Positions 1 through 13,800 of a DNA stretch of 64,000 nucleotides are shown here, piece by piece. Within the stretch, counting starts at the first letter, position 1, and each line of letters begins with the position of its first letter. The notes under the pieces are model-generated. The model was not told where the DNA came from. It worked only from the letters and a program-made list of their open reading frames with translations, and searched no databases. Made by a program: the position numbers and the translations under genes. Source of the DNA: Eledone cirrhosa (lineage: Eukaryota); the NCBI GenBank assembly GCA_964016885.1, contig OZ024740.1, positions 12,524,001 to 12,588,000 on the forward strand, read 5' to 3'.

Positions 1-1849
1 TCTAATATCTTGTCTCTAGTCTAATGTCTCTAGTCTAATATCTTGTCTCTAGTCTAATATCTTGTCTCTAGTCTAATGACTCTAGTCTAATGTCTTGTGT
101 CTAGTCTAATATCTTGTCTCTAGTCTAATGTCTCTAGTCTAATGTCTTGTCTCTAGTCTAACGTCTTGTCTCTAGTCTAATGTCTCTAGTCTAATGTCTT
201 GTCTCTAGTCTAATATCTTGTGTCTAGTCTAATGTCTTGTCTCTAGTCTAATGTCTCTAGTCTAATGTCTTGTTTCTAGTCTAATGTCTCTAGTCTAATG
301 TCTTGTCTCTAGTCTAATGTCTCTAGTCTAATGTCTTGTCTCTAGTCTAATGTCTCTAGTCTAATGTCTTGTCTCTAGTCTAATGTCTCTAGTCTAATGT
401 CTTGTCTCTAGTCTAATATCTTGTCTCTAGTCTAATGTCTCTAGTCTAATGTCTCTAGTCTAATGTCTTGTCTCTAGTCTAATATCTTGTCTCTAGTCTA
501 ATGTCTCTAGTCTAATGTCTTGTCTCTAGTCTAATGTCTCTAGTCTAATGTCTTGTCTCTAGTCTAATGTCTCTAGTCTAATGTCTTGTCTCTAGTCTAA
601 TATCTTGTCTCTAGTCTAATGTCTCTAGTCTAATGTCTTGTTTCTAGTCTAATGTCTCTAGTCTAATGTCTTGTCTCTAGTCTAATATCTTGTCTCTAGT
701 CTAATGTCTCTAGTCTAATGTCTTGTCTCTAGTCTAATGTCTCTAGTCTAATGTCTTGTCTCTAGTCTAATATCTTGTCTCTAGTCTAATGTCTCTAGTC
801 TAATGTCTTGTCTCTAGTCTAATATCTTGTCTCTAGTCTAATGTCTTGTCTCTAGTCTAATGTCTCTAGTCTAATGTCTTGTTTCTAGTCTAATGTCTCT
901 AGTCTAATGTCTTGTCTCTAGTCTAATATCTTGTCTCTAGTCTAATGTCTTGTCTCTAGTCTAATGTCTCTAGTCTAATGTCTTGTCTCTAGTCTAACGT
1001 CTTGTCTCTAGTCTAATGTCTCTAGTGTAATGTCTTGTCTCTAGTCTAATGTCTTGTCTCTAGTCTAATATCTTGTGTCTAGTGTAATGTCTTGTCTCTA
1101 GTCTAATGTCTCTAGTCTAATGTGTTGTTTCTAGTCTAATGTCTCTAGTCTAATGTCTTGTCTCTAGTCTAATGTCTCTAGTCTAATGTCTTGTCTCTAG
1201 TCTAATGTCTCTAGTCTAATGTCTTGTCTCTAGTCTAATGTCTCTAGTCTAATGTCTTGTCTCTAGTCTAATATCTTGTCTCTAGTCTAATGTCTCTAGT
1301 CTAATGTCTCTAGTCTAATGTCTTGTCTCTAGTCTAATATCTTGTCTCTAGTCTAATGTCTCTAGTCTAATGTCTTGTCTCTAGTCTAATGTCTCTAGTC
1401 TAATGTGTTGTCTCTAGTCTAATGTCTCTAGTCTAATGTCTTGTCTCTAGTCTAATATCTTGTCTCTAGTCTAATGTCTTGTCTCTAGTCTAATGTCTCT
1501 AGTCTAATGTCTTGTTTCTAGTCTAACGTCTCTAGTCTAATGTCTTGTCTCTAGTCTAATATCTTGTCTCTAGTCTAATGTCTCTAGTCTAATGTCTTGT
1601 CTCTAGTCTAATGTCTCTAGTCTAATGTCTTGTCTCTAGTCTAATATCTTGTCTCTAGTCTAATGTCCCTAGTCTAATATCTTGTCTCTAGTCTAATATC
1701 TTGTCTCTAGTCTAATGTCTCTAGTCTAATGTCTTGTCTCTACTCTAATGTCTCTAGTCTAATGTCTTGTCTCTAGTCAAATATCTCTAGTCTAATGTCT
1801 TGTCTCTAGTCTAATATCTTGTCTCTAGTCTAATGTCTCTAGTCTAATG

Positions 1850-4800
1850 TCTCTAGTCTAATGTCTTGTCTCTAGTCTAATATCTTGTCTCTAGTCTAAT
1901 GTCTCTAGTCTAATGTCTCTAGTCTAAAGTCTTGTCTCTAGTCTAATGTCTCTAGTCTAATGTCTTGTCTCTAGTCTAATATCTTGTCTCTAGTCTAATG
2001 TCTCTAGTCTAATGTCTTGTCTCTAGTCTAATGTCTCTAGTCTAATGTCTTGTGACTAGTCTAATGTCTTGTCTCTAGTCTAATGTCTCTAGTCTAATAT
2101 CTTGTCTCTAGTCTAATGTCTCTTGTCTAATGTCTTGTCTCTAGTCTAATGTCTCTAGTCTAATGTCTTGTCTCTAGTCTAATGTCTCTAGTCTAATGTC
2201 TTGTCTCTAGTCTAATATCTTGTCTCTAGTCTAATGTCTCTAGTCTAATGTCTTCTCTCTAGTCTAATATCTTGTCTCTAGTCTAATGTCTCTAGTCTAA
2301 TATCTTGTCTCTAGTCTAATATCTTGTCTCTAGTCTAATGACTCTAGTCTAATGTCTTGTGTCTAGTCTAATATCTTGTCTCTAGTCTAATGTCTCTAGT
2401 CTAATGTCTTGTCTCTAGTCTAACGTCTTGTCTCTAGTCTAATGTCTCTAGTCTAATGTCTTGTCTCTAGTCTAATATCTTGTGTCTAGTCTAATGTCTT
2501 GTCTCTAGTCTAATGTCTCTAGTCTAATGTCTTGTTTCTAGTCTAATGTCTCTAGTCTAATGTCTTGTCTCTAGTCTAATGTCTCTAGTCTAATGTCTTG
2601 TCTCTAGTCTAATGTCTCTAGTCTAATGTCTTGTCTCTAGTCTAATGTCTCTAGTCTAATGTCTTGTCTCTAGTCTAATATCTTGTCTCTAGTCTAATGT
2701 CTCTAGTCTAATGTCTCTAGTCTAATGTCTTGTCTCTAGTCTAATATCTTGTCTCTAGTCTAATGTCTCTAGTCTAATGTCTTGTCTCTAGTCTAATGTC
2801 TCTAGTCTAATGTCTTGTCTCTAGTCTAATGTCTCTAGTCTAATGTCTTGTCTCTAGTCTAATATCTTGTCTCTAGTCTAATGTCTCTAGTCTAATGTCT
2901 TGTTTCTAGTCTAATGTCTCTAGTCTAATGTCTTGTCTCTAGTCTAATATCTTGTCTCTAGTCTAATGTCTCTAGTCTAATGTCTTGTCTCTAGTCTAAT
3001 GTCTCTAGTCTAATGTCTTGTCTCTAGTCTAATATCTTGTCTCTAGTCTAATGTCTCTAGTCTAATGTCTTGTCTCTAGTCTAATATCTCGTCTCTAGTC
3101 TAACGTCTCTAGTCTAATGTCTTGTCTCTACTCTAATGTCTCTAGTCTAATGTCTTGTCTCTAGTCAAATATCTCTAGTCTAATGTCTTGTCTCTAGTCT
3201 AATATCTTGTCTCTAGTCTAATGTCTCTAGTCTAATGTCTTGTCTCTAGTCTAATATCTTGTCTCTAGTCTAATGTCTCTAGTCTAATGTCTCTAATCTA
3301 ATGTCTTGTCTCTAGTCTAATGTCTCTAGTCTAATGTCTTGTCTCTAGTCTAATGTCTTGTCTCTAGTCTAATGTCTCTAGTCTAATATCTTGTCTCTAG
3401 TCTAATGTCTCTAGTCTAATGTCTAGTCTCTAGTCTAATGTCTCTAGTCTAACGTCTTGTCTCTAGTCTAATATCTCGTCTCTAGTCTAATGTCTCTAGT
3501 CTAATGTCTTGTCTCTAGTCTAATATCTTGTCTCTAGTCTAATGTCTCTAGTCTAATGACTTGTCTCTAGTCTAATGTCTTGTCTCTAGTCTAACGTCTT
3601 GTCTCTAGTCTAATGTCTCTAGTGTAATGTCTCTAGTGTAATGTCTTGTCTCTAGTCTAATGTCTTGTCTCAAATCTAATGTCTTGTCTCTAGTCTAATG
3701 TCTCTAGTCTAATGTCTTGTCTCTAGTCTAATATCTTGTCTCTAGTCTAATGTCTTGTCTCTAGTCTAATGTCTCTAGTCTAATGTCTTGTTTCTAGTCT
3801 AATGTCTCTAGTCTAATGTCTTGTCTCTAGTCTAATATCTTGTCTCTAGTCTAATGTCTTGTCTCTAGTCTAATGTCTCTAGTCTAATGTCTTGTCTCTA
3901 GTCTAACGTCTTGTCTCTAGTCTAATGTCTCTAGTGTAATGTCTTGTCTCTAGTCTAATGTCTTGTCTCTAGTCTAATATCTTGTGTCTAGTCTAATGTC
4001 TTGTCTCTAGTCTAATGTCTCTAGTCTAATGTGTTGTTTCTAGTCTAATGTCTCTAGTCTAATGTCTTGTCTCTAGTCTAATGTCTCTAGTCTAATGTCT
4101 TGTCTCTAGTCTAATGTCTCTAGTCTAATGTCTTGTCTCTAGTCTAATGTCTCTAGTCTAATGTCTTGTCTCTAGTCTAATATCTTGTCTCTAGTCTAAT
4201 GTCTCTAGTCTAATGTCTCTAGTCTAATGTCTTGTCTCTAGTCTAATATCTTGTCTCTAGTCTAATGTCTCAAGTCTAATGTCTTGTCTCTAGTCTAATG
4301 TCTCTAGTCTAATGTCTTGTCTCTAGTCTAATGTCTCTAGTCTAATGTCTTGTCTCTAGTCTAATATCTTGTCTCTAGTCTAATGTCTTGTCTCTAGTCT
4401 AATGTCTCTAGTCTAATGTCTTGTTTCTAGTCTAATGTCTCTAGTCTAATGTCTTGTCTCTAGTCTAATATCTTGTCTCTAGTCTAATGTCTCTAGTCTA
4501 ATGTCTTGTCTCTAGTCTAATGTCTCTAGTCTAATGTCTTGTCTCTAGTCTAATATCTTGTCTCTAGTCTAATGTCCCTAGTCTAATGTCTTGTCTCTAG
4601 TCTAATATCTTGTCTCTAGTCTAATGTCTCTAGTCTAATGTCTTGTCTCTATTCTAATGTCTCTAGTCTAATGTCTTGTCTCTAGTCAAATATCTCTAGT
4701 CTAATGTCTTGTCTCTAGTCTAATGTCTTGTCTCTAGTCTAATGTCTCTAGTCTAATGTCTCTAGTCTAATGTCTTGTCTCTAGTCTAATATCTTGTCTC

Positions 4801-7800
4801 TAGTCTAATGTCTCTAGTCTAATGTCTCTAGTCTAAAGTCTTGTCTCTAGTCTAATGTCTCTAGTCTAATGTCTTGTCTCTAGTCTAATATCTTGTCTCT
4901 AGTCTAATGTCTCTAGTCTAATGTCTTGTCTCTAGTCTAATGTCTCTAGTCTAATGTCTTGTGACTAGTCTAATGTCTTGTCTCTAGTCTAATATCTCTA
5001 GTCTAATATCTTGTCTCTAGTCTAATGTCTCTTGTCTAATGTCTTGTCTCTAGTCTAATGTCTCTAGTCTAATGTCTTGTCTCTAGTCTAATGTCTCTAG
5101 TCTAATGTCTTGTCTCTAGTCTAATATCTTGTCTCTAGTCTAATGTCTCTAGTCTAATGTCTTCTCTCTAGTCTAATATCTTGTCTCTAGTCTAATGTCT
5201 CTAGTCTAATATCTTGTCTCTAGTCTAATATCTTGTCTCTAGTCTAATGACTCTAGTCTAATGTCTTGTGTCTAGTCTAATATCTTGTCTCTAGTCTAAT
5301 GTCTCTAGTCTAATGTCTTGTCTCTAGTCTAACGTCTTGTCTCTAGTCTAATGTCTCTAGTCTAATGTCTCTAGTCTAATGTCTTGTCTCTAGTCTAGTG
5401 TCTCTAGTCTAATGTCTTGTCTCTAGTCTAATGTCTTGTCTCTAGTCTAATATCTTGTGTCTAGTCTAATGTCTTGTCTCTAGTCTAATGTCTCTAGTCT
5501 AATGTCTTGTTTCTAGTCTAATGTCTCTAGTCTAATGTCTTGTCTCTAGTCTAATGTCTCTAGTCTAATGTCTTGTCTCTAGTCTAATGTCTTGTCTCTA
5601 GTCTAATGTCTCTAGTCTAATGTCTTGTCTCTAGTCTAATATCTTGTCTCTAGTCTAATGTCTCTAGTCTAATGTCTCTAGTCTAATGTCTTGTCTCTAG
5701 TCTAATATCTTGTCTCTAGTCTAATGTCTCTAGTCTAATGTCTTGTCTCTAGTCTAATGTCTCTAGTCTAATGTCTTGTCTCTAGTCTAATGTCTCTAGT
5801 CTAATGTCTTGTCTCTAGTCTAATATCTTGTCTCTAGTCTAATGTCTTGTCTCTAGTCTAATGTCTTGTTTCTAGTCTAATGTCTCTAGTCTAATGTCTT
5901 GTCTCTAGTCTAATATCTTGTCTCTAGTCTAATGTCTCTAGTCTAATGTCTTGTCTCTAGTCTAATGTCTCTAGTCTAATGTCTTGTCTCTAGTCTAATA
6001 TCTTGTCTCTAGTCTAATGTCCCTAGTCTAATGTCTTGTCTCTAGTCTAATATCTTGTCTCTAGTCTAACGTCTCTAGTCTAATGTCTTGTCTCTACTCT
6101 AATGTCTCTAGTCTAATGTCTTGTCTCTAGTCAAATATCTCTAGTCTAATGTCTTGTCTCTAGTCTAATATCTTGTCTCTAGTCTAATGTCTCTAGTCTA
6201 ATGTCTCTAGTCTAATGTCTTGTCTCTAGTCTAATATCTTGTCTCTAGTCTAATGTCTCTAGTCTAATGTCTCTAGTCTAAAGTCTTGTCTCTAGTCTAA
6301 TGTCTCTAGTCTAATGTCTTGTCTCTAGTCTAATATCTTGTCTCTAGTCTAATGTCTCTAGTCTAATGTCTTGTCTCTAGTCTAATGTCTCTAGTCTAAT
6401 GTCTTGTGACTAGTCTAATGTCTTGTCTCTAGTCTAATGTCTCTAGTCTAATATCTTGTCTCTAGTCTAATGTCTCTTGTCTAATGTCTTGTCTCTAGTC
6501 TAATGTCTCTAGTCTAATGTCTTGTCTCTAGTCTAATGTCTCTAGTCTAATGTGTTGTTTCTAGTCTAATGTCTCTAGTCTAATGTCTTGTCTCTAGTCT
6601 AATGTCTCTAGTCTAATGTCTTGTCTCTAGTCTAATGTCTCTAGTCTAATGTCTTGTCTCTAGTCTAATATCTTGTCTCTAGTCTAATGTCTTGTCTCTA
6701 GTCTAATGTCTCTAGTCTAATGTCTTGTTTCTAGTCTAATGTCTCTAGTCTAATGTCTTGTCTCTAGTCTAATATATTGTCTCTAGTCTAATGTCTCTAG
6801 TCTAATGCCTTGTCTCTAGTCTAATGTCTCTAGTCTAATGTCTTGTCTCTAGTCTAATATCTTGTCTCTAGTCTAATGTCCCTAGTCTAATGTCTTGTCT
6901 CTAGTCTAATATCTTGTCTCTAGTCTAATGTCTCTAGTCTAATGTCTTGTCTCTAGTCTAATGTCTCTAGTCTAATGTCTTGTCTCTAGTCTAATATCTT
7001 GTCTCTAGTCTAATGTCCCTAGTCTAATGTCTTGTCTCTAGTCTAATATCTTGTCTCTAGTCTAATGTCTCTAGTCAAATGTCTTGTCTCTACTCTAATG
7101 TCTCTAGTCTAATGTCTTGTCTCTAGTCAAATATCTCTAGTCTAATGTCTTGTCTCTAGTCTAATATCTTGTCTCTAGTCTAATGTCTCTAGTCTAATGT
7201 CTCTAGTCTAATGTCTTGTCTCTAGTCTAATATCTTGTCTCTAGTCTAATGTCTCTAGTCTAATGTCTCTAGTCTAAAGTCTTGTCTCTAGTCTAATGTC
7301 TCTAGTCTAATGTCTTGTCTCTAGTCTAATATCTTGTCTCTAGTCTAATGTCTCTAGTCTAATGTCTTGTCTCTAGTCTAATGTCTCTAGTCTAATGTCT
7401 TGTGACTAGTCTAATGTCTTGTCTCTAGTCTAATGTCTCTAGTCTAATATCTTGTCTCTAGTCTAATGTCTCTTGTCTAATGTCTTGTCTCTAGTCTAAT
7501 GTCTCTAGTCTAATGTCTTGTCTCTAGTCTAATGTCTCTAGTCTAATGTCTTGTCTCTAGTCTAATATCTTGTCTGTAGTCTAATGTCTCTAGTCTAATG
7601 TCTTCTCTCTAGTCAAATATCTTGTCTCTAGTCTAATGTCTCTAGTCTAATATCTTGTCTCTAGTCTAATATCTTGTCTCTAGTCTAATGACTCTAGTCT
7701 AATGTCTTGTGTCTACTCTAATATCTTGTCTCTAGTCTAATGTCTCTAGTCTAATGTCTTGTCTCTAGTCTAACGTCTTGTCTCTAGTCTAATGTCTCTA

Positions 7801-10800
7801 ATCTAATGTCTCTAGTCTAATGTCTTGTCTCTAGTCTAGTGTCTCTAGTCTAATGTCTTGTCTCTAGTCTAATGTCTTGTCTCTAGTCTAATATCTTGTG
7901 TCTAGTCTAATGTCTTGTCTCTAGTCTAATGTCTCTAGTCTAATGTCTTGTTTCTAGTCTAATGTCTCTAGTCTAATGTCTTGTCTCTAGTCTAATGTCT
8001 CTAGTCTAATGTCTTGTCTCTAGTCTAATGTCTCTAGTCTAATGTCTTGTCTCTAGTCTAATGTCTCTAGTCTAATGTCTTGTCTCTAGTCTAATATCTT
8101 GTCTCTAGTCTAATGTCTCTAGTCTAATGTCTCTAGTCTAATGTCTTGTCTCTAGTCTAATATCTTGTCTCTAGTCTAATGTCTCTAGTCTAATGTCTTG
8201 TCTCTAGTCTAATGTCTCTAGTCTAATGTCTTGTCTCTAGTCTAATGTCTCTAGTCTAATGTCTTGTCTCTAGTCTAATATCTTGTCTCTAGTCTAATGT
8301 CTTGTCTCTAGTCTAATGTCTCTAGTCTAATGTCTTGTTTCTAGTCTAATGTCTCTAGTCTAATGTCTTGTCTCTAGTCTAATATCTTGTCTCTAGTCTA
8401 ATGTCTCTTGTCTAATGTCTTGTCTCTAGTCTAATGTCTCTAGTCTAATGTCTTGTCTCTAGTCTAATGTCTCTAGTCTAATGTCTTGTCTCTAGTCTAA
8501 TATCTTGTCTCTAGTCTAATGTCTCTAGTCTAATGTCTTCTCTCTAGTCTAATATCTTGTCTCTAGTCTAATGTCTCTAGTCTAATATCTTGTCTCTAGT
8601 CTAATATCTTGTTTCTAGTCTAATGACTCTAGTCTAATGTCTTGTGTCTAGTCTAATATCTTGTCTCTAGTCTAATGTCTCTAGTCTAATGTCTTGTCTC
8701 TAGTCTAACGTCTTGTCTCTAGTCTAATGTCTCTTGTCTAATGTCTCTAGTCTAATGTCTTGTCTCTAGTCTAGTGTCTCTAGTCTAATGTCTTGTCTCT
8801 AGTCTAATGTCTTGTCTCTAGTCTAATATCTTGTGTCTAGTCTAATGTCTTGTCTCTAGTCTAATGTCTCTAGTCTAATGTCTTGTTTCTAGTCTAATGT
8901 CTCTAGTCTAATGTCTTGTCTCTAGTCTAATGTCTCTAGTCTAATGTCTTGTCTCTAGTCTAATGTCTCTAGTCTAATGTCTTGTCTCTAGTCTAATATC
9001 TTGTCTCTAGTCTAATGTCTCTAGTCTAATGTCTCTAGTCTAATGTCTTGTCTCTAGTCTAATATCTTGTCTCTAGTCTAATGTCTCTAGTCTAATGTCT
9101 CTAGTCTAATGTCTTGTCTCTAGTCTAATGTCTCTAGTCTAATGTCTTGTCTCTAGTCTAATATCTTGTCTCTAGTCTAATGTCTTGTCTCTAGTCTAAT
9201 GTCTCTAGTCTAATGTCTTATTTCTAGTCTAATGTCTCTAGTCTAATGTCTTGTCTCTAGTCTAATATCTTGTCTCTAGTCTAATGTCTCTAGTCTAATG
9301 TCTTGTCTCTAGTCTAATGTCTCTAGTCTAATGTCTTGTCTCTAGTCTAATATCTTGTCTCTAGTCTAATGTCCCTAGTCTAATGTCTTGTCTCTAGTCT
9401 AATATCTTGTCTCTAGTCTAACGTCTCTAGTCTAATGTCTTGTCTCTACTCTAATGTCTCTAGTCTAATGTCTTGTCTCTAGTCAAATATCTCTAGTCTA
9501 ATGTCTTGTCTCTAGTCTAATATCTTGTCTCTAGTCTAATGTCTCTAGTCTAATGTCTCTAGTCTAATGTCTTGTCTCTAGTCTAATATCTTGTCTCTAG
9601 TCTAATGTCTCTAGTCTAATGTCTCTAGTCTAAAGTCTTGTCTCTAGTCTAATGTCTCTAGTCTAATGTCTTGTCTCTAGTCTAATGTCTCTAGTCTAAT
9701 GTCTTGTGACTAGTCTAATGTCTTGTCTCTAGTCTAATATCTCTAGTCTAATATCTTGTCTCTAGTCTAATGTCTCTTGTCTAATGTCTTGTCTCTAGTC
9801 TAATGTCTCTAGTCTAATGTCTTGTCTCTAGTCTAATGTCTCTAGTCTAATGTGTTGTTTCTAGTCTAATGTCTCTAGTCTAATGTCTTGTCTCTAGTCT
9901 AATGTCTCTAGTCTAATGTCTTGTCTCTAGTCTAATGTCTCTAGTCTAATGTCTTGTCTCTAGTCTAATATCTTGTCTCTAGTCTAATGTCTTGTCTCTA
10001 GTCTAATGTCTCTAGTCTAATGTCTTGTTTCTAGTCTAATGTCTCTAGTCTAATGTCTTGTCTCTAGTCTAATATCTTGTCACTAGTCTAATGTCTCTAG
10101 TCTAATGTCTTGTCTCTAGTCTAATGTCTCTAGTCTAATGTCTTGTCTCTAGTCTAATATCTTGTCTCTAGTCTAATGTCCCTAGTCTAATGTCTTGTCT
10201 CTAGTCTAATATCTTGTCTCTAGTCTAATGTCTCTAGTCTAATGTCTTGTCTCTACTCTAATGTCTCTAGTCTAATGTCTTGTCTCTAGTCAAATATCTC
10301 TAGTCTAATGTCTTGTCTCTAGTCTAATATCTTGTCTCTAGTCTAATGTCTCTAGTCTAATGTCTCTAGTCTAATGTCTTGTCTCTAGTCTAATATCTTG
10401 TCTCTAGTCTAATGTCTCTAGTCTAATGTCTCTAGTCTAAAGTCTTGTCTCTAGTCTAATGTCTCTAGTCTAATGTCTTGTCTCTAGTCTAATATCTTGT
10501 CTCTAGTCTAATGTCTCTAGTCTAATGTCTTGTCTCTAGTCTAATGTCTCTAGTCTAATGTCTTGTGACTAGTCTAATGTCTTGTCTCTAGTCTAATGTC
10601 TCTAGTCTATTATCTTGTCTCTAGTCTAATGTCTCTTGTCTAATGTCTTGTCTCTAGTCTAATGTCTCTAGTCTAATGTCTTGTCTCTAGTCTAATGTCT
10701 CTAGTCTAATGTCTTGTCTCTAGTCTAATATCTTGTCTCTAGTCTAATGTCTCTAGTCTAATGTCTTCTCTCTAGTCTAATATCTTGTCTCTAGTCTAAT

Positions 10801-13800
10801 GTCTCTAGTCTAATATCTTGTCTCTAGTCTAATATCTTGTCTCTAGTCTAATGACTCTAGTCTAATGTCTTGTGTCTAGTCTAATATCTTGTCTCTAGTC
10901 TAATGTCTCTAGTCTAATGTCTTGTCTCTAGTCTAACGTCTTGTCTCTAGTCTAATGTCTCTAGTCTAATGTCTCTAGTCTAATGTCTTGTCTCTAGTCT
11001 AGTGTCTCTAGTCTAATGTCTTGTCTCTAGTCTAATGTCTTGTCTCTAGTCTAATATCTTGTGTCTAGTCTAATGTCTTGTCTCTAGTCTAATGTCTCTA
11101 GTCTAATGTCTTGTTTCTAGTCTAATGTCTCTAGTCTAATGTCTTGTCTCTAGTCTAATGTCTCTAGTCTAATGTCTTGTCTCTAGTCTAATGTCTCTAG
11201 TCTAATGTCTTGTCTCTAGTCTAATGTCTCTAGTCTAATGTCTTGTCTCTAGTCTAATATCTTGTCTCTAGTCTAATGTCTCTAGTCTAATGTCTCTAGT
11301 CTAATGTCTTGTCTCTAGTCTAATATCTTGTCTCTAGTCTAATGTCTCTAGTCTAATGTCTTGTCTCTAGTCTAATGTCTCTAGTCTAATGTCTTGTCTC
11401 TAGTCTAATGTCTCTAGTCTAATGTCTTGTCTCTAGTCTAATATCTTGTCTCTAGTCTAATGTCTCTAGTCTAATGTCTCTAGTCTAAAGTCTTGTCTCT
11501 AGTCTAATGTCTCTAGTCTAATGTCTTGTCTCTAGTCTAATATCTTGTCTCTAGTCTAATGTCTCTAGTCTAATGTCTTGTCTCTAGTCTAATGTCTCTA
11601 GTCTAATGTCTTGTGACTAGTCTAATGTCTTGTCTCTAGTCTAATGTCTCTAGTCTAATATCTTGTCTCTAGTCTAATGTCTCTTGTCTAATGTCTTGTC
11701 TCTAGTCTAATGTCTCTAGTCTAATGTCTTGTCTCTAGTCTAATGTCTCTAGTCTAATGTCTTGTCTCTAGTCTAATATCTTGTCTCTAGTCTAATGTCT
11801 CTAGTCTAATGTCTTCTCTCTAGTCTAATATCTTGTCTCTAGTCTAATGTCTCTAGTCTAATATCTTGTCTCTAGTCTAATATCTTGTCTCTAGTCTAAT
11901 GACTCTAGTCTAATGTCTTGTGTCTAGTCTAATATCTTGTCTCTAGTCTAATGTCTCTAGTCTAATGTCTTGTCTCTAGTCTAACGTCTTGTCTCTAGTC
12001 TAATGTCTCTAGTCTAATGTCTTGTCTCTAGTCTAATATCTTGTGTCTAGTCTAATGTCTTGTCTCTAGTCTAATGTCTCTAGTCTAATGTCTTGTTTCT
12101 AGTCTAATGTCTCTAGTCTAATGTCTTGTCTCTAGTCTAATGTCTCTAGTCTAATGTCTTGTCTCTAGTCTAATGTCTCTAGTCTAATGTCTTGTCTCTA
12201 GTCTAATGTCTCTAGTCTAATGTCTTGTCTCTAGTCTAATATCTTGTCTCTAGTCTAATGTCTCTAGTCTAATGTCTCTAGTCTAATGTCTTGTCTCTAG
12301 TCTAATATCTTGTCTCTAGTCTAATGTCTCTAGTCTAATGTCTTGTCTCTAGTCTAATGTCTCTAGTCTAATGTCTTGTCTCTAGTCTAATGTCTCTAGT
12401 CTAATGTCTTGTCTCTAGTCTAATATCTTGTCTCTAGTCTAATGTCTCTAGTCTAATGTCTTGTTTCTAGTCTAATGTCTCTAGTCTAATGTCTTGTCTC
12501 TAGTCTAATATCTTGTCTGTAGTCTAATGTCTCTAGTCTAATGTCTTGTCTCTAGTCTAATGTCTCTAGTCTAATGTCTTGTCTCTAGTCTAATATCTTG
12601 TCTCTAGTCTAATGTCCCTAGTCTAATGTCTTGTCTCTAGTCTAATATCTCGTCTCTAGTCTAACGTCTCTAGTCTAATGTCTTGTCTCTACTCTAATGT
12701 CTCTAGTCTAATGTCTTGTCTCTAGTCAAATATCTCTAGTCTAATGTCTTGTCTCTAGTCTAATATCTTGTCTCTAGTCTAATGTCTCTAGTCTAATGTC
12801 TTGTCTCTAGTCTAATATCTTGTCTCTAGTCTAATGTCTCTAGTCTAATGTCTCTAATCTAATGTCTTGTCTCTAGTCTAATGTCTCTAGTCTAATGTCT
12901 TGTCTCTAGTCTAATGTCTTGTCTCTAGTCTAATGTCTCTAGTCTAATGTCTCTAGTCTAATGTCTAGTCTCTAGTCTAATGTCTCTAGTCTAACGTCTT
13001 GTCTCTAGTCTAATATCTCGTCTCTAGTCTAATGTCTCTAGTCTAATGTCTTGTCTCTAGTCTAATATCTTGTCTCTAGTCTAATGTCTCTAGTCTAATG
13101 TCTTGTCTCTAGTCTAATGTCTTGTCTCTAGTCTAACGTCTTGTCTCTAGTCTAATGTCTCTAGTGTAATGTCTCTAGTGTAATGTCTTGTCTCTAGTCT
13201 AATGTCTTGTCTCAAATCTAATGTCTTGTCTCTAGTCTAATGTCTCTAGTCTAATGTCTTGTCTCTAGTCTAATATCTTGTCTCTAGTCTAATGTCTTGT
13301 CTCTAGTCTAATGTCTCTAGTCTAATGTCTTGTTTCTAGTCTAATGTCTCTAGTCTAATGTCTTGTCTCTAGTCTAATATCTTGTCTCTAGTCTAATGTC
13401 TTGTCTCTAGTCTAATGTCTCTAGTCTAATGTCTTGTCTCTAGTCTAACGTCTTGTCTCTAGTCTAATGTCTCTAGTGTAATGTCTTGTCTCTAGTCTAA
13501 TGTCTTGTCTCTAGTCTAATATCTTGTGTCTAGTCTAATGTCTTGTCTCTAGTCTAATGTCTCTAGTCTAATGTGTTGTTTCTAGTCTAATGTCTCTAGT
13601 CTAATGTCTTGTCTCTAGTCTAATGTCTCTAGTCTAATGTCTTGTCTCTAGTCTAATGTCTCTAGTCTAATGTCTTGTCTCTAGTCTAATGTCTCTAGTC
13701 TAATGTCTTGTCTCTAGTCTAATATCTTGTCTCTAGTCTAATGTCTCTAGTCTAATGTCTCTAGTCTAATGTCTTGTCTCTAGTCTAATATCTTGTCTCT

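Noticed and set aside
155-170. AACGTC > AATGTC > AATATC as a CpG deamination series
   Set aside because: The expected opposite-strand product AACATC was not seen. AACG is more simply a T>C variant spread by HOR duplication.
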